From: Lachnospiraceae bacterium
GTDB lineage: Bacteria; Bacillota; Clostridia; Lachnospirales; Lachnospiraceae
Reading direction: 5' to 3'
DNA length: 64,000 bases
Assembly: GCA_017450065.1 (NCBI GenBank)
Contig: JAFSYI010000028.1
Span: forward strand, 1,172 to 65,171
In this document: positions 47,317 to 57,904 of the stretch, piece after piece
Numbering within the stretch: position 1 is the stretch's first letter
Layout: every line of letters begins with the position of its first letter
Made by a program: the position numbers and the translations under genes
Notes under the pieces: model-generated
Seen by the model: the letters and a program-made list of their open reading frames with translations, nothing else
The model's database searches: none
Told to the model about the DNA's origin: nothing

Positions 47317-48255
47317 TCAGTCCGGATAGAACTCCTTAATCTTCTCATCCGGTATCTCGAAATGCTGATAATCCTTACTGTTTTTCCATTCTCCTCCCCA
47401 TGTAAAGCCATGTCCTGTGAACAGATTATAGCAAAGATCTCCTTTTTCGATCTTATAATCAAAATCCGCATCCCTGTCCACATATGGCTCAGCATTAACG
47501 GGATCAACATTTCTCCTGCCGTTAACGGTTGTAATATAGGGATTATACAGCGTGTTTATATCGACCGCCATACCCATGCCATGCTTTGATATCTTTTTGG
47601 TTCTCGGAATGAATCTGAAGTTAAAGCAGGAAGAATTGTTATCCTCCATTGAAAGCTCATCATCTGCCCCGTATTCATCCACCAGCCTTATCTTCTCTAT
47701 AGGATAATCATTTTCGTAAAGTTCCTTAAGGATATCCAGCACATCTTCGGCTATATGCCTGTTTACGATCATTTCACCCTCATGCTCTTCTCCGTTTATA
47801 TCCTTGTGAAGCACATGGAGATATCTAAGCTCCTCACGTGGCAGTGTGCAGTCTTCCTTAAATGACTTGCCGTATATCCGGTCAAATATGTCATCTGTTA
47901 TCTCTGTTATATAAAAGTCGCCGGCCATATGATTTACTTCTTCCCCCGGGATATTATCTTCGGCAAGGCTGTCACTCTGCACCTCAGCACTGATGTCTGT
48001 CTTCCTTAAGTCTTCCGGTTCACTTCCGTTCTCCGGATCACCCGCATCATCATAATCTTTCAGTTGTATAACCGGCTCCTGTTTCTCTGTTACATCTACG
48101 TGTTCGGCATCCTTACCGGACACCTTATTCCCCGTATTACCCCCATTGCATCCTAAGATCATCAAAGCTGTGATGAACATCGATAAAATACAGCCTGCAG
48201 TAAATGCTGTATTAACCTTCCTGCTTTTATTGCTATCGTATAATCTTTTTTCCAA
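47317..48255 (-). CDS. M15-family (VanY / D-Ala-D-Ala peptidase-like) lipoprotein
   Basis: Lipobox LMILGC. Metal motifs HGMGMAVDI and DYQHFE. TTG start lies after GGAGAA. Confidence 0.75.
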   Translation of the reverse strand: MEKRLYDSNKSRKVNTAFTAGCILSMFITALMILGCNGGNTGNKVSGKDAEHVDVTEKQEPVIQLKDYDDAGDPENGSEPEDLRKTDISAEVQSDSLAEDNIPGEEVNHMAGDFYITEITDDIFDRIYGKSFKEDCTLPREELRYLHVLHKDINGEEHEGEMIVNRHIAEDVLDILKELYENDYPIEKIRLVDEYGADDELSMEDNNSSCFNFRFIPRTKKISKHGMGMAVDINTLYNPYITTVNGRRNVDPVNAEPYVDRDADFDYKIEKGDLCYNLFTGHGFTWGGEWKNSKDYQHFEIPDEKIKEFYPD

Positions 48256-48279
48256 GCTTCATTCTCCAAAAGTTACTCT

Positions 48280-49212
48280 TTATGATCGGTTCTTCTTATG
48301 CTTTCCCTCAAATGGAATAAATACCCATCCAAACAAACCCATTAATACCGCTTTGACCAGGGTACAATATGACTTCCTGATATCTGCCCTCACAACTGCC
48401 TCCGATTCTGCCGGAGTGAAGTAATACAGACAGCTTGTATATGCCCACGGCCTGTGCCAGGAACGGTTCAGCTTACCATATGGCACTGTTGCAACACGCC
48501 CCCAGGTCGTAAGCTTTATAAGCGGTTCATCTCCCTTATTCCCATTCTCACCATCCACAATTCCGGTTATCGTCATAAAATGCGACTTTACGCCTTTTTT
48601 ACTGTCATATCCCTGATTAAGCTCTCCGCTCCTGCCGGAATAAAGCCTGAGCGGATGCCTGTTCATCGATGTAAGCATCACTACCGAACCAGCCTTATCA
48701 AGACCTTCTTTTATAAAATCAAGCCCCTTATCATATGAACAGAAGGCTGTGGGAATGGCATGCGCATGCAGTAAAAGTCCCTGCTTCCTGCAGTATTTAA
48801 GCGTACCACGTATAAACCCGTTAAGACTCATTCCGAAGCTTGGAGGAACTACCTTAAACACCTTGTTTCCACGCTTTACCGCATCATATATCCGCCTTAT
48901 TAAAGGAATCTCAAATACAAACATTGACTTATATATCCTTCCCATAAATCCGGTAAAATCATCCTTATAATACGATTCGTCCGTTAATGTCCTAAGATCT
49001 TTGGAAACCTTCTCATCCACAAACACCGATGGATATCTGTGCGCAAGGATTCTCAGCATATTTGCACAGGCAACCGATCCACAGCCTGCAAAAGCCATGG
49101 TATTTGACTTATACCATCCCTGATCCCCGCCATAATATGTAGATCCCGTATCTCTGTCGGTAAGAGTCAGAGGATCATATTCCGTTGGATTTATGTTTAT
49201 ATCATCATTCAT
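48280..49212 (-). CDS. Hypothetical protein, possible papain-like/C39-like cysteine peptidase fold
   Basis: AFAGCGSVACANML is a candidate nucleophile region and SHFMTITG a candidate His. A C-terminal TM helix is present. The ATG at 49212 lies after GGTGAT. Confidence 0.4.
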   Translation of the reverse strand: MNDDININPTEYDPLTLTDRDTGSTYYGGDQGWYKSNTMAFAGCGSVACANMLRILAHRYPSVFVDEKVSKDLRTLTDESYYKDDFTGFMGRIYKSMFVFEIPLIRRIYDAVKRGNKVFKVVPPSFGMSLNGFIRGTLKYCRKQGLLLHAHAIPTAFCSYDKGLDFIKEGLDKAGSVVMLTSMNRHPLRLYSGRSGELNQGYDSKKGVKSHFMTITGIVDGENGNKGDEPLIKLTTWGRVATVPYGKLNRSWHRPWAYTSCLYYFTPAESEAVVRADIRKSYCTLVKAVLMGLFGWVFIPFEGKHKKNRS

Positions 49213-49299
49213 AAAGATCACCGTAAGCGTTTATTAAATCATAGAATAGTGAATTTCATCAGAAATTCACTATTCTATAATACCATAAAGGTGATAATA

Positions 49300-49344
49300 A
49301 TAAAAGAAAGCGGGCACCGTTACTTAATCTACGGCGTCCGCTTC
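49300..49344 (-). terminator. Terminator after glgP
   Basis: Long imperfect stem GAAGCGGACGCCGT...ACGGTGCCCGCTTTC, followed on the minus strand by TTTTATTATT. Confidence 0.7.
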
Positions 49345-49408
49345 TTTATCTTCTTATTAGTTTATCCTTGTTTTTGTTTTATAACCCCGGAATCCATGCT
49401 TCCTGAGT

Positions 49409-51880
49409 TTACTTCCTTAAGGTCACCTTGTCAAGATGCCATATCTCATCTACATACTGCTGGATGGTACGGTCTGATGTGAACTTACCGGAGCATGCGG
49501 TATTAAGTATTGCCATCCTTGCCCATCTCTTCTCATCCCTGTATGCTTCCTCAACCCTCTTCTGAGCTTCTGCATAGGACTTGAAATCCTTAAGGATGAA
49601 GTAGGTATCGGCTCTCGATGAAACCTGGGTGTTAAGCAGTGAGTTATACAGATCTCTGAATCTCTCGGGATCGTCCGGGCAGTAATATCCGTTTATAAGC
49701 TGCATGAGCACCTTGCGGATATCGGGATCGTTGTTGAATATCTCCTGAGGATTGTAGCCGCCCTTGTTCTCGTAATTGATAACCTCTTCCGATGAAAGAC
49801 CGAAGATAAATGCATTCTCCTCTCCGACTTCTTCTACTATCTCAACATTGGCTCCGTCCATGGTTCCGAGAGTAACCGCGCCGTTAAGCATGAACTTCAT
49901 GTTACCTGTACCGGATGCCTCCTTGCTGGCTGTTGATATCTGCTCGGATACATCGGCTGCCGCAAAGATAAGCTCGGCATTAGATACCCTGTAGTCCTCT
50001 ATAAATACAACCTTGATCTTACCGTCTAATGAAGCATCATTGTTAATTACATCCGCAACAGTATTTATAAGCTTGATGGTAAGCTTTGCAGTCCTGTAGC
50101 CTGCTGCCGCCTTGGCACCGAAAATGAATGTCCTCGGGAAGAATTCCATCTCGGGATGCTCCTTAAGCTCATTGTACAGATACATGATGTGAAGGATGTT
50201 AAGCAGCTGTCTCTTGTACTCATGAAGCCTCTTTACCTGAACATCGAAGATCGATCTGGGATCAACCTCAATACCGTTATTTTCAAGAATGTACCTGGCA
50301 AGACGAACCTTATTCTGGTACTTGATGTTCATAAACTCCTGCTGAGCCTTGGGATCATCTGCAAATACCTTGATCTTATTGATCTTAGGCAGATTGGTTA
50401 TCCAGTCATCACCTACTCTTCCGGTTACCCAGTCGGCAAGAAGCGGATTACCGTGTAAGAGGAAACGTCTCTGAGTGATGCCGTTTGTCTTATTATTGAA
50501 CTTCTCGGGCATCATCTCGTAGAAGTCCCTAAGCTCCTGATTCTTAAGGATCTCCGTATGCAGCCTTGCAACACCGTTAACCGAGAATCCGGCACAGATA
50601 GCAAGATGTGCCATCTTAACCTGTCCGTCATAGATGATAGCCATCTTGCGAACCTTCTCCTCATTTCCAGGATACTTGGCCCTTATCTGATCGATAAACC
50701 TTCTGTTTATCTCCTCTATTATCTGGTATATTCTGGGAAGCAGTCTTGAGAACAGCTCGATAGGCCATTTCTCCAATGCTTCCGACATGATCGTATGGTT
50801 GGTATATGCACAGCACTTCGTGGTCACTGCCCACGCCGCATCCCAACCGAGATTGTACTCATCCATAAGTATACGCATAAGCTCTGCAACTGTTACCGTG
50901 GGATGGGTATCATTAAGCTGGAAGACAACCTTCTCATGAAGCTTCTTAACATCATCATGTGTGCGCATGTATTTCTCAACGGCTTCCTGAATGCTTGCCG
51001 AGATGAAGAAATACTGCTGTTTAAGCCTTAATTCCTTACCGGCATAGTGATTATCGTTGGGATAGAGCACCTCACAGATGTTCTTGGCAAGGTTCTCCTG
51101 CTCTACTGCCATCTTATAATCACCCTTGTCGAAGGAATCAAGCTGGAAGCACTCGATTGGCTGTGCATCCCAGATCCTTAAGGTATTTACTATTCTGTTG
51201 CCGTATCCCACAACCGGAAGATCATAGGGAATGGCCTGTACCGACTGATATCCTTCCTGTGAGAAATGACTCTCGCCGTTCTCATCAACATCTACCTTAA
51301 CATATCCGCCGAACTTAACTATCTTGGCATACTCGGGGCGGCGAAGCTCGAAGGGATTGCCGTCCTTAAGCCAGTTATCCGGTACCTCAAGCTGATATCC
51401 GTCTCTTATCTCCTGTTTAAAGAAACCGTAACGGTATCTTATTCCGCAGCCGTATGCACTGTATCCGAGAGTGGCAAGTGAATCAAGGAAGCAGGCAGCC
51501 AGACGTCCGAGGCCTCCGTTTCCGAGAGCCGCATCCCTCTCCTGATCCTCAACTGCATTAAGGTCTATTCCCAGCTCATCAAGAGCCTCTGCAACCTCAC
51601 CGTATTCTCTTAAGTTAATAAGGCTGTTTCCGAGAGCACGTCCCATGAGGAATTCCATCGACAGATAATAAACAGTCTTCGGATCCTTCTTTTCATATGC
51701 CTTCTGGGTATCCATCCAGTTATCAATGATCGTATCCTTAACCGCATAGCATACTGCCTGGAATATCTGCTGATCCGTAGCTTCTTCCAGGGTCTTTCTG
51801 TACAGAGTCTTTACGTTGTCCTTGACAACCTTCTTAAATGCTTCTTTGTCGAATTTCTGCTGCTGTTGCTTCTTAACCAA
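49409..51880 (-). CDS. glgP: Glycogen/maltodextrin phosphorylase
   Basis: 823 aa. Contains YYLSMEFLMGR, LGNGGLGRLAACF and EASGTGNMKFMLNG (PLP site). Confidence 0.95.
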   Translation of the reverse strand: MVKKQQQQKFDKEAFKKVVKDNVKTLYRKTLEEATDQQIFQAVCYAVKDTIIDNWMDTQKAYEKKDPKTVYYLSMEFLMGRALGNSLINLREYGEVAEALDELGIDLNAVEDQERDAALGNGGLGRLAACFLDSLATLGYSAYGCGIRYRYGFFKQEIRDGYQLEVPDNWLKDGNPFELRRPEYAKIVKFGGYVKVDVDENGESHFSQEGYQSVQAIPYDLPVVGYGNRIVNTLRIWDAQPIECFQLDSFDKGDYKMAVEQENLAKNICEVLYPNDNHYAGKELRLKQQYFFISASIQEAVEKYMRTHDDVKKLHEKVVFQLNDTHPTVTVAELMRILMDEYNLGWDAAWAVTTKCCAYTNHTIMSEALEKWPIELFSRLLPRIYQIIEEINRRFIDQIRAKYPGNEEKVRKMAIIYDGQVKMAHLAICAGFSVNGVARLHTEILKNQELRDFYEMMPEKFNNKTNGITQRRFLLHGNPLLADWVTGRVGDDWITNLPKINKIKVFADDPKAQQEFMNIKYQNKVRLARYILENNGIEVDPRSIFDVQVKRLHEYKRQLLNILHIMYLYNELKEHPEMEFFPRTFIFGAKAAAGYRTAKLTIKLINTVADVINNDASLDGKIKVVFIEDYRVSNAELIFAAADVSEQISTASKEASGTGNMKFMLNGAVTLGTMDGANVEIVEEVGEENAFIFGLSSEEVINYENKGGYNPQEIFNNDPDIRKVLMQLINGYYCPDDPERFRDLYNSLLNTQVSSRADTYFILKDFKSYAEAQKRVEEAYRDEKRWARMAILNTACSGKFTSDRTIQQYVDEIWHLDKVTLRK

Positions 51881-51916
51881 AACCCTTAACCTCCTATTTG
51901 TTTGATCATAGATACT

Positions 51917-54900
51917 TTAAGCTTCTATTTTCTTAACGCCGAGAGTAACCTTCTCACCGTTAATATCCCAATCCTTCACATAGCCGTCGGATGTATCATA
52001 TTTGATATCATCAGCCATTACATCCCTTATTATGTCAGCCTTGTTTGCTTCCATTATACCATTAATCTTATCATTGTCCTTTGCATAGACAATGATCTTA
52101 TCCATAACCTCGAAGCCGGCTTCCTTACGCATTGTCTGTATCTTACTGATAAGCTCGCGCACAAAGCCTTCCTCTATAAGCTCGGGAGTAAGATTAGTAT
52201 CAAGCACTACGGTTACCTGGTTGTCATTCTCAGATACGTAACCGTCCTTCTGAACAGGCTCGATAAGGAGATCTTCTTTTGATAGTACAACCTCTGTGCC
52301 GCCGATGTCAAACTTAAGGTCTTCACCCATATTAAGCTTACTCATGGCCTCATTTCCGTCTGTCTGAGCCAGGGTCTGTTTGATCGCACCTATGAGCTTG
52401 CCGTATTTGGGTCCCAGTGTTTTAAGCTGAGGCTTTAATGAATAGGAAGTAAAATCACTGACATCATCCCTGAATTCAACCGATTTTATGTTAAGCTCAT
52501 CCTCAATAATCTCTTTATAGAACTCGGAGAGCTCAAACGGCGCCTTGACAAGCATCTTGCCTATGGGCTGTCTGTTCTTTATACTGCAGGCATTCCTACA
52601 GGCACGTCCCATGACAACCGTCTTTAGCACAGCGTCCATGTTCTTCTCAAGCCCGGCATCTATGAATGCCTCGTTAACCTTCGGGAAGTCACACAGATGT
52701 ATACTCTCGGGTGCAGACTTATCAATATTTCGTACAAGATTCTGATATATCTGCTCTGTCATAAAGGGTATCATCGGGGCAGCTGCCTTGCTTATGGTAA
52801 CAAGCGAGGTATACAGTGTCATGTAGGCATTTATCTTATCCTGTTCCATACCCTTTGCCCAGAACCTCTCGCGGCAGCGTCTTACATACCAGTTGGAAAG
52901 ATCATCAACAAATTCGGATAATGCCCTTGCCGCCTCGGGTATCCTGTAATTAAAGAGATTATCATCAACCTCTCCCACAACCGTGTTAAGCTTGCTTAAT
53001 ATCCACTTATCCATTACAGAAAGCATATCATATCTGACACCGACCTTTGCGCCGGAGTCGCCCGCCGGCTTTGAAGCATCAGAGGAATCCATAGGGATTC
53101 CTTCATTATCTTCAAGCTGATATTTGCTTGCATCAAAGTCATCTATATTGGCATAGAGCACAAAGAAAGCATAGGTATTCCACAGAGTTCCCATGAACTT
53201 CCTCTGTCCTTCCATAACCGCCTTGTCATGGAAACGGTTGGGAAGCCACGGTGCCGAATTAATGTAGAAATACCAGCGGATCGCATCCGCACCCATAGTC
53301 TTAAGAGCTTCGAAGGGATCTACCGCATTACCCTTTGATTTACTCATCTTCTCGCCGTTTTCATCAAGCACAAGCCCGAGAACTATAACATTCTCATAGG
53401 GCGACTTATTAAACAGGATCGTCGATTCCGCCATAAGTGAGTAGAACCATCCTCTTGTCTGATCCACAGCTTCTGATATGAACTGCGCAGGGAACTGACT
53501 TTCAAACAGCTCCTTATTCTCAAACGGATAATGATGCTGTGCGAATGGCATGGCACCCGAATCAAACCAGCAGTCGATAACCTCGGGAACACGCTTCATC
53601 TCTTTACCGCAGTCCGGACACTTACAGGTTATCTCATCTATATAAGGTCTGTGAAGCTCAACGTTTAAAGCATCCTCTCTTCCGCTTGCTTCCTTAAGCT
53701 CTTCTCTTGATCCTATGCATATCTGTTTGCCGCAGTCCGGACACTCCCAGATATTAAGAGGAGTTCCCCAGTAACGGTTACGGGATACGCCCCAGTCCTG
53801 AATATTCTCAAGCCAGTTTCCGAAACGCCCCTCGCCTATTGAAGGCGGGATCCAGTTTACCGTCTTATTGTTGGCAACAAGGTCATCCCTTACCGCCGTC
53901 ATCTTTATAAACCAGCTTTCCCTTGCATAGTAAAGCAGAGGTGTATCACATCTCCAGCAGTGCGGATAATCATGCTCTACCTTGGGAGCGCTGAACAGCT
54001 GACCTCTCTTATCAAGCTCGATAAGCACATTCTTATCACAATCAACCGCTCCGTTTTCAAGTTCTTCCTTCGTAGGTTTACACCTCATACCCGCAAAGGG
54101 AGTAACATCCTTCATTATACCGTTTTCATCCACCATCTGTACAAACGGAGCATCGTATTTACGTCCGACCCTTGCATCATCCTCACCGAAAGCAGGTGCT
54201 ATATGTACGATTCCGGTACCGTCAGACATTGTTACGTAATCATCAACATATATGAAGAATGCCTTCTTATGCTGCTTCTTGGCCTCATCGGCAGCACACT
54301 GATACAGAGGCTCATATTCCTTGTATTCAAGATCCTTACCGATATAGGTCTCAAGAATCTCATAAGCCGGAGTTCCTTCCTCCCTCTCAATAGTTCCGAG
54401 TACCTGATCCGCCAGCGCCTGAGCCAGTATATATATATTCCCGTCCGCTGCTTTAACTCTTACATATGCTTCATCGGGATTTACGCACAGAGCAATATTT
54501 GATGCAAGTGTCCATGGTGTTGTCGTCCATGCAAGGAAATAAGCATTCTCCTCACCCTTTATCTTAAACCTGACAATTGCCGTACGTTCCTTTAATGTCT
54601 TATAACCCTGTGCAACCTCATGTGAAGAAAGAGGTGTGCCGCAACGCGGGCAGTATGGAACTATCTTAAAGCCCTTATACAGCAGACCTTTATTCCATAT
54701 CTGTTTAAGAGCCCACCATTCCGATTCGATAAAATCATCATGATAGGTAACATAGGGATTATCCATGTCAGCCCAGAAACCGACTGTTCCGGAGAAATCC
54801 TCCCACATCCCTTTATATTTCCATACGGATTCCTTACATTCCTTTATAAACGGATCAAGTCCATATTCTTCGATCTGTTCCTTGCCGTCAAGTCCGAGGC

Positions 54901-55195
54901 GTACTTCAACTTCAAGCTCCACAGGAAGCCCGTGAGTATCCCAGCCTGCCTTACGCGGAACATAATATCCTTTCATTGTACGGTATCTGGGTATCATATC
55001 CTTAATGACACGTGTAAGCACATGACCTATATGCGGCTTACCGTTAGCCGTCGGGGGGCCGTCATAGAAGGTATAAGTCTCCCCTTCTTTCCTGTTCTCC
55101 ATGCTTTTCTTAAAAATGTCATTATCAGACCAGAACTTCTCTATTTCTTTCTCTCTCTCAACGAAGCTTAAGTCTGTCGATACCTTGTTGTACAT
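51917..55195 (-). CDS. ileS: Isoleucine--tRNA ligase (long form, 1092 aa)
   Basis: PPTANGKPHIGH (HIGH motif) and KMSKSKGN (KMSKS motif). The N-terminus is typical of IleRS. Confidence 0.95.
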   Translation of the reverse strand: MYNKVSTDLSFVEREKEIEKFWSDNDIFKKSMENRKEGETYTFYDGPPTANGKPHIGHVLTRVIKDMIPRYRTMKGYYVPRKAGWDTHGLPVELEVEVRLGLDGKEQIEEYGLDPFIKECKESVWKYKGMWEDFSGTVGFWADMDNPYVTYHDDFIESEWWALKQIWNKGLLYKGFKIVPYCPRCGTPLSSHEVAQGYKTLKERTAIVRFKIKGEENAYFLAWTTTPWTLASNIALCVNPDEAYVRVKAADGNIYILAQALADQVLGTIEREEGTPAYEILETYIGKDLEYKEYEPLYQCAADEAKKQHKKAFFIYVDDYVTMSDGTGIVHIAPAFGEDDARVGRKYDAPFVQMVDENGIMKDVTPFAGMRCKPTKEELENGAVDCDKNVLIELDKRGQLFSAPKVEHDYPHCWRCDTPLLYYARESWFIKMTAVRDDLVANNKTVNWIPPSIGEGRFGNWLENIQDWGVSRNRYWGTPLNIWECPDCGKQICIGSREELKEASGREDALNVELHRPYIDEITCKCPDCGKEMKRVPEVIDCWFDSGAMPFAQHHYPFENKELFESQFPAQFISEAVDQTRGWFYSLMAESTILFNKSPYENVIVLGLVLDENGEKMSKSKGNAVDPFEALKTMGADAIRWYFYINSAPWLPNRFHDKAVMEGQRKFMGTLWNTYAFFVLYANIDDFDASKYQLEDNEGIPMDSSDASKPAGDSGAKVGVRYDMLSVMDKWILSKLNTVVGEVDDNLFNYRIPEAARALSEFVDDLSNWYVRRCRERFWAKGMEQDKINAYMTLYTSLVTISKAAAPMIPFMTEQIYQNLVRNIDKSAPESIHLCDFPKVNEAFIDAGLEKNMDAVLKTVVMGRACRNACSIKNRQPIGKMLVKAPFELSEFYKEIIEDELNIKSVEFRDDVSDFTSYSLKPQLKTLGPKYGKLIGAIKQTLAQTDGNEAMSKLNMGEDLKFDIGGTEVVLSKEDLLIEPVQKDGYVSENDNQVTVVLDTNLTPELIEEGFVRELISKIQTMRKEAGFEVMDKIIVYAKDNDKINGIMEANKADIIRDVMADDIKYDTSDGYVKDWDINGEKVTLGVKKIEA

Positions 55196-55247
55196 ATTTC
55201 TGTCCTTTCCACTGTGACTTTAATCCTGTCCACACTGTAACTACAAT

Positions 55248-55276
55248 ATTATATAGGACAATTTGCGGTTTGTAAA
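55248..55276 (-). promoter_or_regulatory. Sigma-A promoter of ileS
   Basis: On the minus strand: TTTACA (55276-55271), 17-nt spacer, TATAAT (55253-55248). The leader is about 50 nt with a GGAAAGGA RBS. Confidence 0.45.
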
Positions 55277-55334
55277 GGCAACATTGATGTGTGTCACATT
55301 TGAAAATCTTTATGATTTATGATAGATTATTTTT

Positions 55335-56438
55335 ATGGCGAAACGTAAACTTGTAAGCACCAGTACCCTTAAGCGCGGAATGAAGATCGAGCAGGCAATA
55401 GTAGATGCTCACGGTCATGAAATGATCGCACGCGGAATGGTGCTGGATGACTTTCAAATAGAATACTTAAGAGATCACGGAGTGGCGGTCTATATCAATG
55501 ATGGTGAATCCGATGATGTGGATATATCCGAGCTCGAACGCAATCTGCCCGTAGAGACGAAGAAGATGATAGAAGAAGTCAGGGAAGAGGATCCTGCCAA
55601 GGTTGAGCTGAACGAAGAAGTCTGCAAACGCGTCGGAGAAGGTATACAATACCTGTTTAACAATACCGACTCCGATAACTTCATGGAGACAACCACCAAT
55701 ATCTCCAATGAGCTGATAAATGCCATCACAAGCAGCAATGCCGTAGCTATCGATATCAATATGATCAAGGTAAGTGATGAATATACCTTTAAACACAGTG
55801 TGGATGTGGCGACGATGGCAATGGTCATCGGTCAGGGATGCGGACTTACCCAGGATCAGTTAAGAGAACTCGGTATATCCGGACTGCTGCATGATCTGGG
55901 TAAATCACAGATACCGCTTGAAGTGCTTAACAAGCCCGGACGCCTTGACGATAAGGAATTCGAGCTTATGAAGCAGCATTCCCTGTTTGGTTTCAAGATC
56001 CTTAAGGAGAAGAATCAGCTCCCGAATCCCATTATGATGGGTGTGCTTCAGCACCACGAAAAGATCAGCGGTAAGGGATATCCTCTGGGAACAGCCGGCG
56101 ATTCCATCCATAAGTACGCAAAAATAATCGCTGTTGCAGATGTATATGATGCTCTGGTTACGGAACGCCCGTATAAAAAGGCCTTCCCGAAAAGGGAAGC
56201 CGTTGAAATGATCCTCGCAATGACACAGGATCTTGACATGGAAGCAATGCAGAGCTTCTTTAACTGTGTGATACTTTTCCCTGTTGACAGCATAGTGACG
56301 CTGTCCTCGGGAGAGCCTGCCAAGGTGGTCAAAAATAACCGTAATAACTGTCTCAGACCCACCGTAGTGGGTCTGAAAACAGGAAGACTTTATGATCTGT
56401 ATAATGATTTCAGCTGTGCCAGCCTGGTAATCGTTTAA
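55335..56438 (+). CDS. HD-GYP domain protein (second paralog)
   Basis: HDLGKSQIPLEVLNKP, HHEKISGKGYPLG and ADVYDALV. Confidence 0.85.
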   Translation: MAKRKLVSTSTLKRGMKIEQAIVDAHGHEMIARGMVLDDFQIEYLRDHGVAVYINDGESDDVDISELERNLPVETKKMIEEVREEDPAKVELNEEVCKRVGEGIQYLFNNTDSDNFMETTTNISNELINAITSSNAVAIDINMIKVSDEYTFKHSVDVATMAMVIGQGCGLTQDQLRELGISGLLHDLGKSQIPLEVLNKPGRLDDKEFELMKQHSLFGFKILKEKNQLPNPIMMGVLQHHEKISGKGYPLGTAGDSIHKYAKIIAVADVYDALVTERPYKKAFPKREAVEMILAMTQDLDMEAMQSFFNCVILFPVDSIVTLSSGEPAKVVKNNRNNCLRPTVVGLKTGRLYDLYNDFSCASLVIV

Positions 56439-57662
56439 TTATCTTATCACGCCGGTTTCATGTTCCATGCGCCAGTCGATGCATCTCTTAAGATAATGTA
56501 TGTAGTCAGGGTTCTTACACATTCCCTTGCCTTCAATATCCGATATCTTGGCAACATCCATCCCGTTGCAGGCTGTTGTTTTCATTACTATATTAAGTGC
56601 TTCAACTTCAGTATCGTTGGCAAGATAGGTTCCTATTCCGAACGCCGTCTTAACCCTGCCTTTAAAATATCTGTTGATCTTTGTCGCCCTTTCGAAATCA
56701 AGGCTGTCGGAGAACAGCAGAGTCTTTGTTTTAGGATCGATGCCCAGCTCCTCATAATGCTTTATCATCTTCTCTCCCCACTCATACGGATCGCCGCTGT
56801 CATGTCTCACGCCCGAGAACAGCGTAGAATAGGTGAGTCTGAAGTCCCTTAAGAAGCAGTCTGTTGTTATAGCGTCGGTAAGAGCGGTTCCGTTCAGCAC
56901 TCCGTATTCCTTTACCCATGCATCCAATGCATACCAGTTCGAATATGCGGGATTGTGCTTATGATTACCCTGGCCCACACACATGATCCATTCATGCGCC
57001 ATGGTTCCGACAGGTGTGATCCCATATTTCTTCGCAAGATAGACATTTGAGGTTCCGACGAAGAATGAGCCTTCATATTTACCTTCCTTCAGAGCCTTTA
57101 CCGCAAGCTCCTGAGCTTCCGATGACAGGCGGCGCCTCATTCCGAACTCAGAGAAGGCATTAAGCTCATATTCGCCGTTTTCAAGCTTTGCAACCTTATC
57201 ACGGAGACGTTCCTTAAAGCTCTTTATAAGCACATCATAGTCATAAGCCATCCGGAAATATACCTCATTTACAATGGCGAGGGTCGGTATCTCATACATA
57301 GAGGTATTAAGCCATGTGCCCTTTGTTTCTATTGACAGCCCGCACTCGGCATCCGTACCTATTTCGAAATCATCAAACCTTGGCTTCCAAAGCCTCAGAA
57401 AATCAACGTATGATCCTCTTAACCACTTTATCTTATTAAGATATTCAAGTTCATCCTCATTAAACCGCAGATTACAGTACATGCGGATCTGATCTTTTAT
57501 TTCTTCAACCATCTCCCTGGTAAAGTGAACATCCTCATTCCTGCATTTAAAACTCCATGTTGTCTTATAATCACTGAACTGATGGTAGATTGCCTGTCCC
57601 ATGGAAAACTTATATGCATCAGTCTCCAGAAGGCTTGTGATGATCTGTTTTATTTCCTTCAT
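56439..57662 (-). CDS. pncB: Nicotinate phosphoribosyltransferase
   Basis: [21 protein letters not shown] and LFSDSLD. AAGGAGGAA RBS. Confidence 0.9.
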   Translation of the reverse strand: MKEIKQIITSLLETDAYKFSMGQAIYHQFSDYKTTWSFKCRNEDVHFTREMVEEIKDQIRMYCNLRFNEDELEYLNKIKWLRGSYVDFLRLWKPRFDDFEIGTDAECGLSIETKGTWLNTSMYEIPTLAIVNEVYFRMAYDYDVLIKSFKERLRDKVAKLENGEYELNAFSEFGMRRRLSSEAQELAVKALKEGKYEGSFFVGTSNVYLAKKYGITPVGTMAHEWIMCVGQGNHKHNPAYSNWYALDAWVKEYGVLNGTALTDAITTDCFLRDFRLTYSTLFSGVRHDSGDPYEWGEKMIKHYEELGIDPKTKTLLFSDSLDFERATKINRYFKGRVKTAFGIGTYLANDTEVEALNIVMKTTACNGMDVAKISDIEGKGMCKNPDYIHYLKRCIDWRMEHETGVIR

Positions 57663-57897
57663 TGATAAGTTCCTCCTTCTTCTCTTTAGTCAGTCTCTTA
57701 ATATGCCATTCGCGGCTCATGGCCTCTTCCTTTGTCTTATATACTTCTGAATAGACAAGCTCTACCGGTCCCCTGCTCCTTGTATATTTGGCACCCTTTC
57801 CTGAATTATGTGCCAAAAGCCGCCTCTCTATATCCGTTGTATATCCGGTGTACAGCGTTCCGTCCCGGCATCTTACTATATACGTATAATATGTCAT
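57619..57897 (-). CDS. GIY-YIG nuclease family protein (UPF0213/YhbQ-like)
   Basis: [38 protein letters not shown] is a GIY-YIG motif. The ATG at 57897 is the first in-frame start before the domain. The 3' end overlaps the pncB start by 44 nt. Confidence 0.8.
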   Translation of the reverse strand: MTYYTYIVRCRDGTLYTGYTTDIERRLLAHNSGKGAKYTRSRGPVELVYSEVYKTKEEAMSREWHIKRLTKEKKEELINEGNKTDHHKPSGD

Positions 57898-57904
57898 AGA
57901 TGCT

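Noticed and set aside
55196-55334. I looked for a T-box leader upstream of ileS.
   Set aside because: Only 139 bp separate ileS from the divergent gene. A TTTACA-17-TATAAT promoter leaves a leader of about 50 nt. No AGGGTGGTACCGCG-type T-box sequence or specifier stem is visible.
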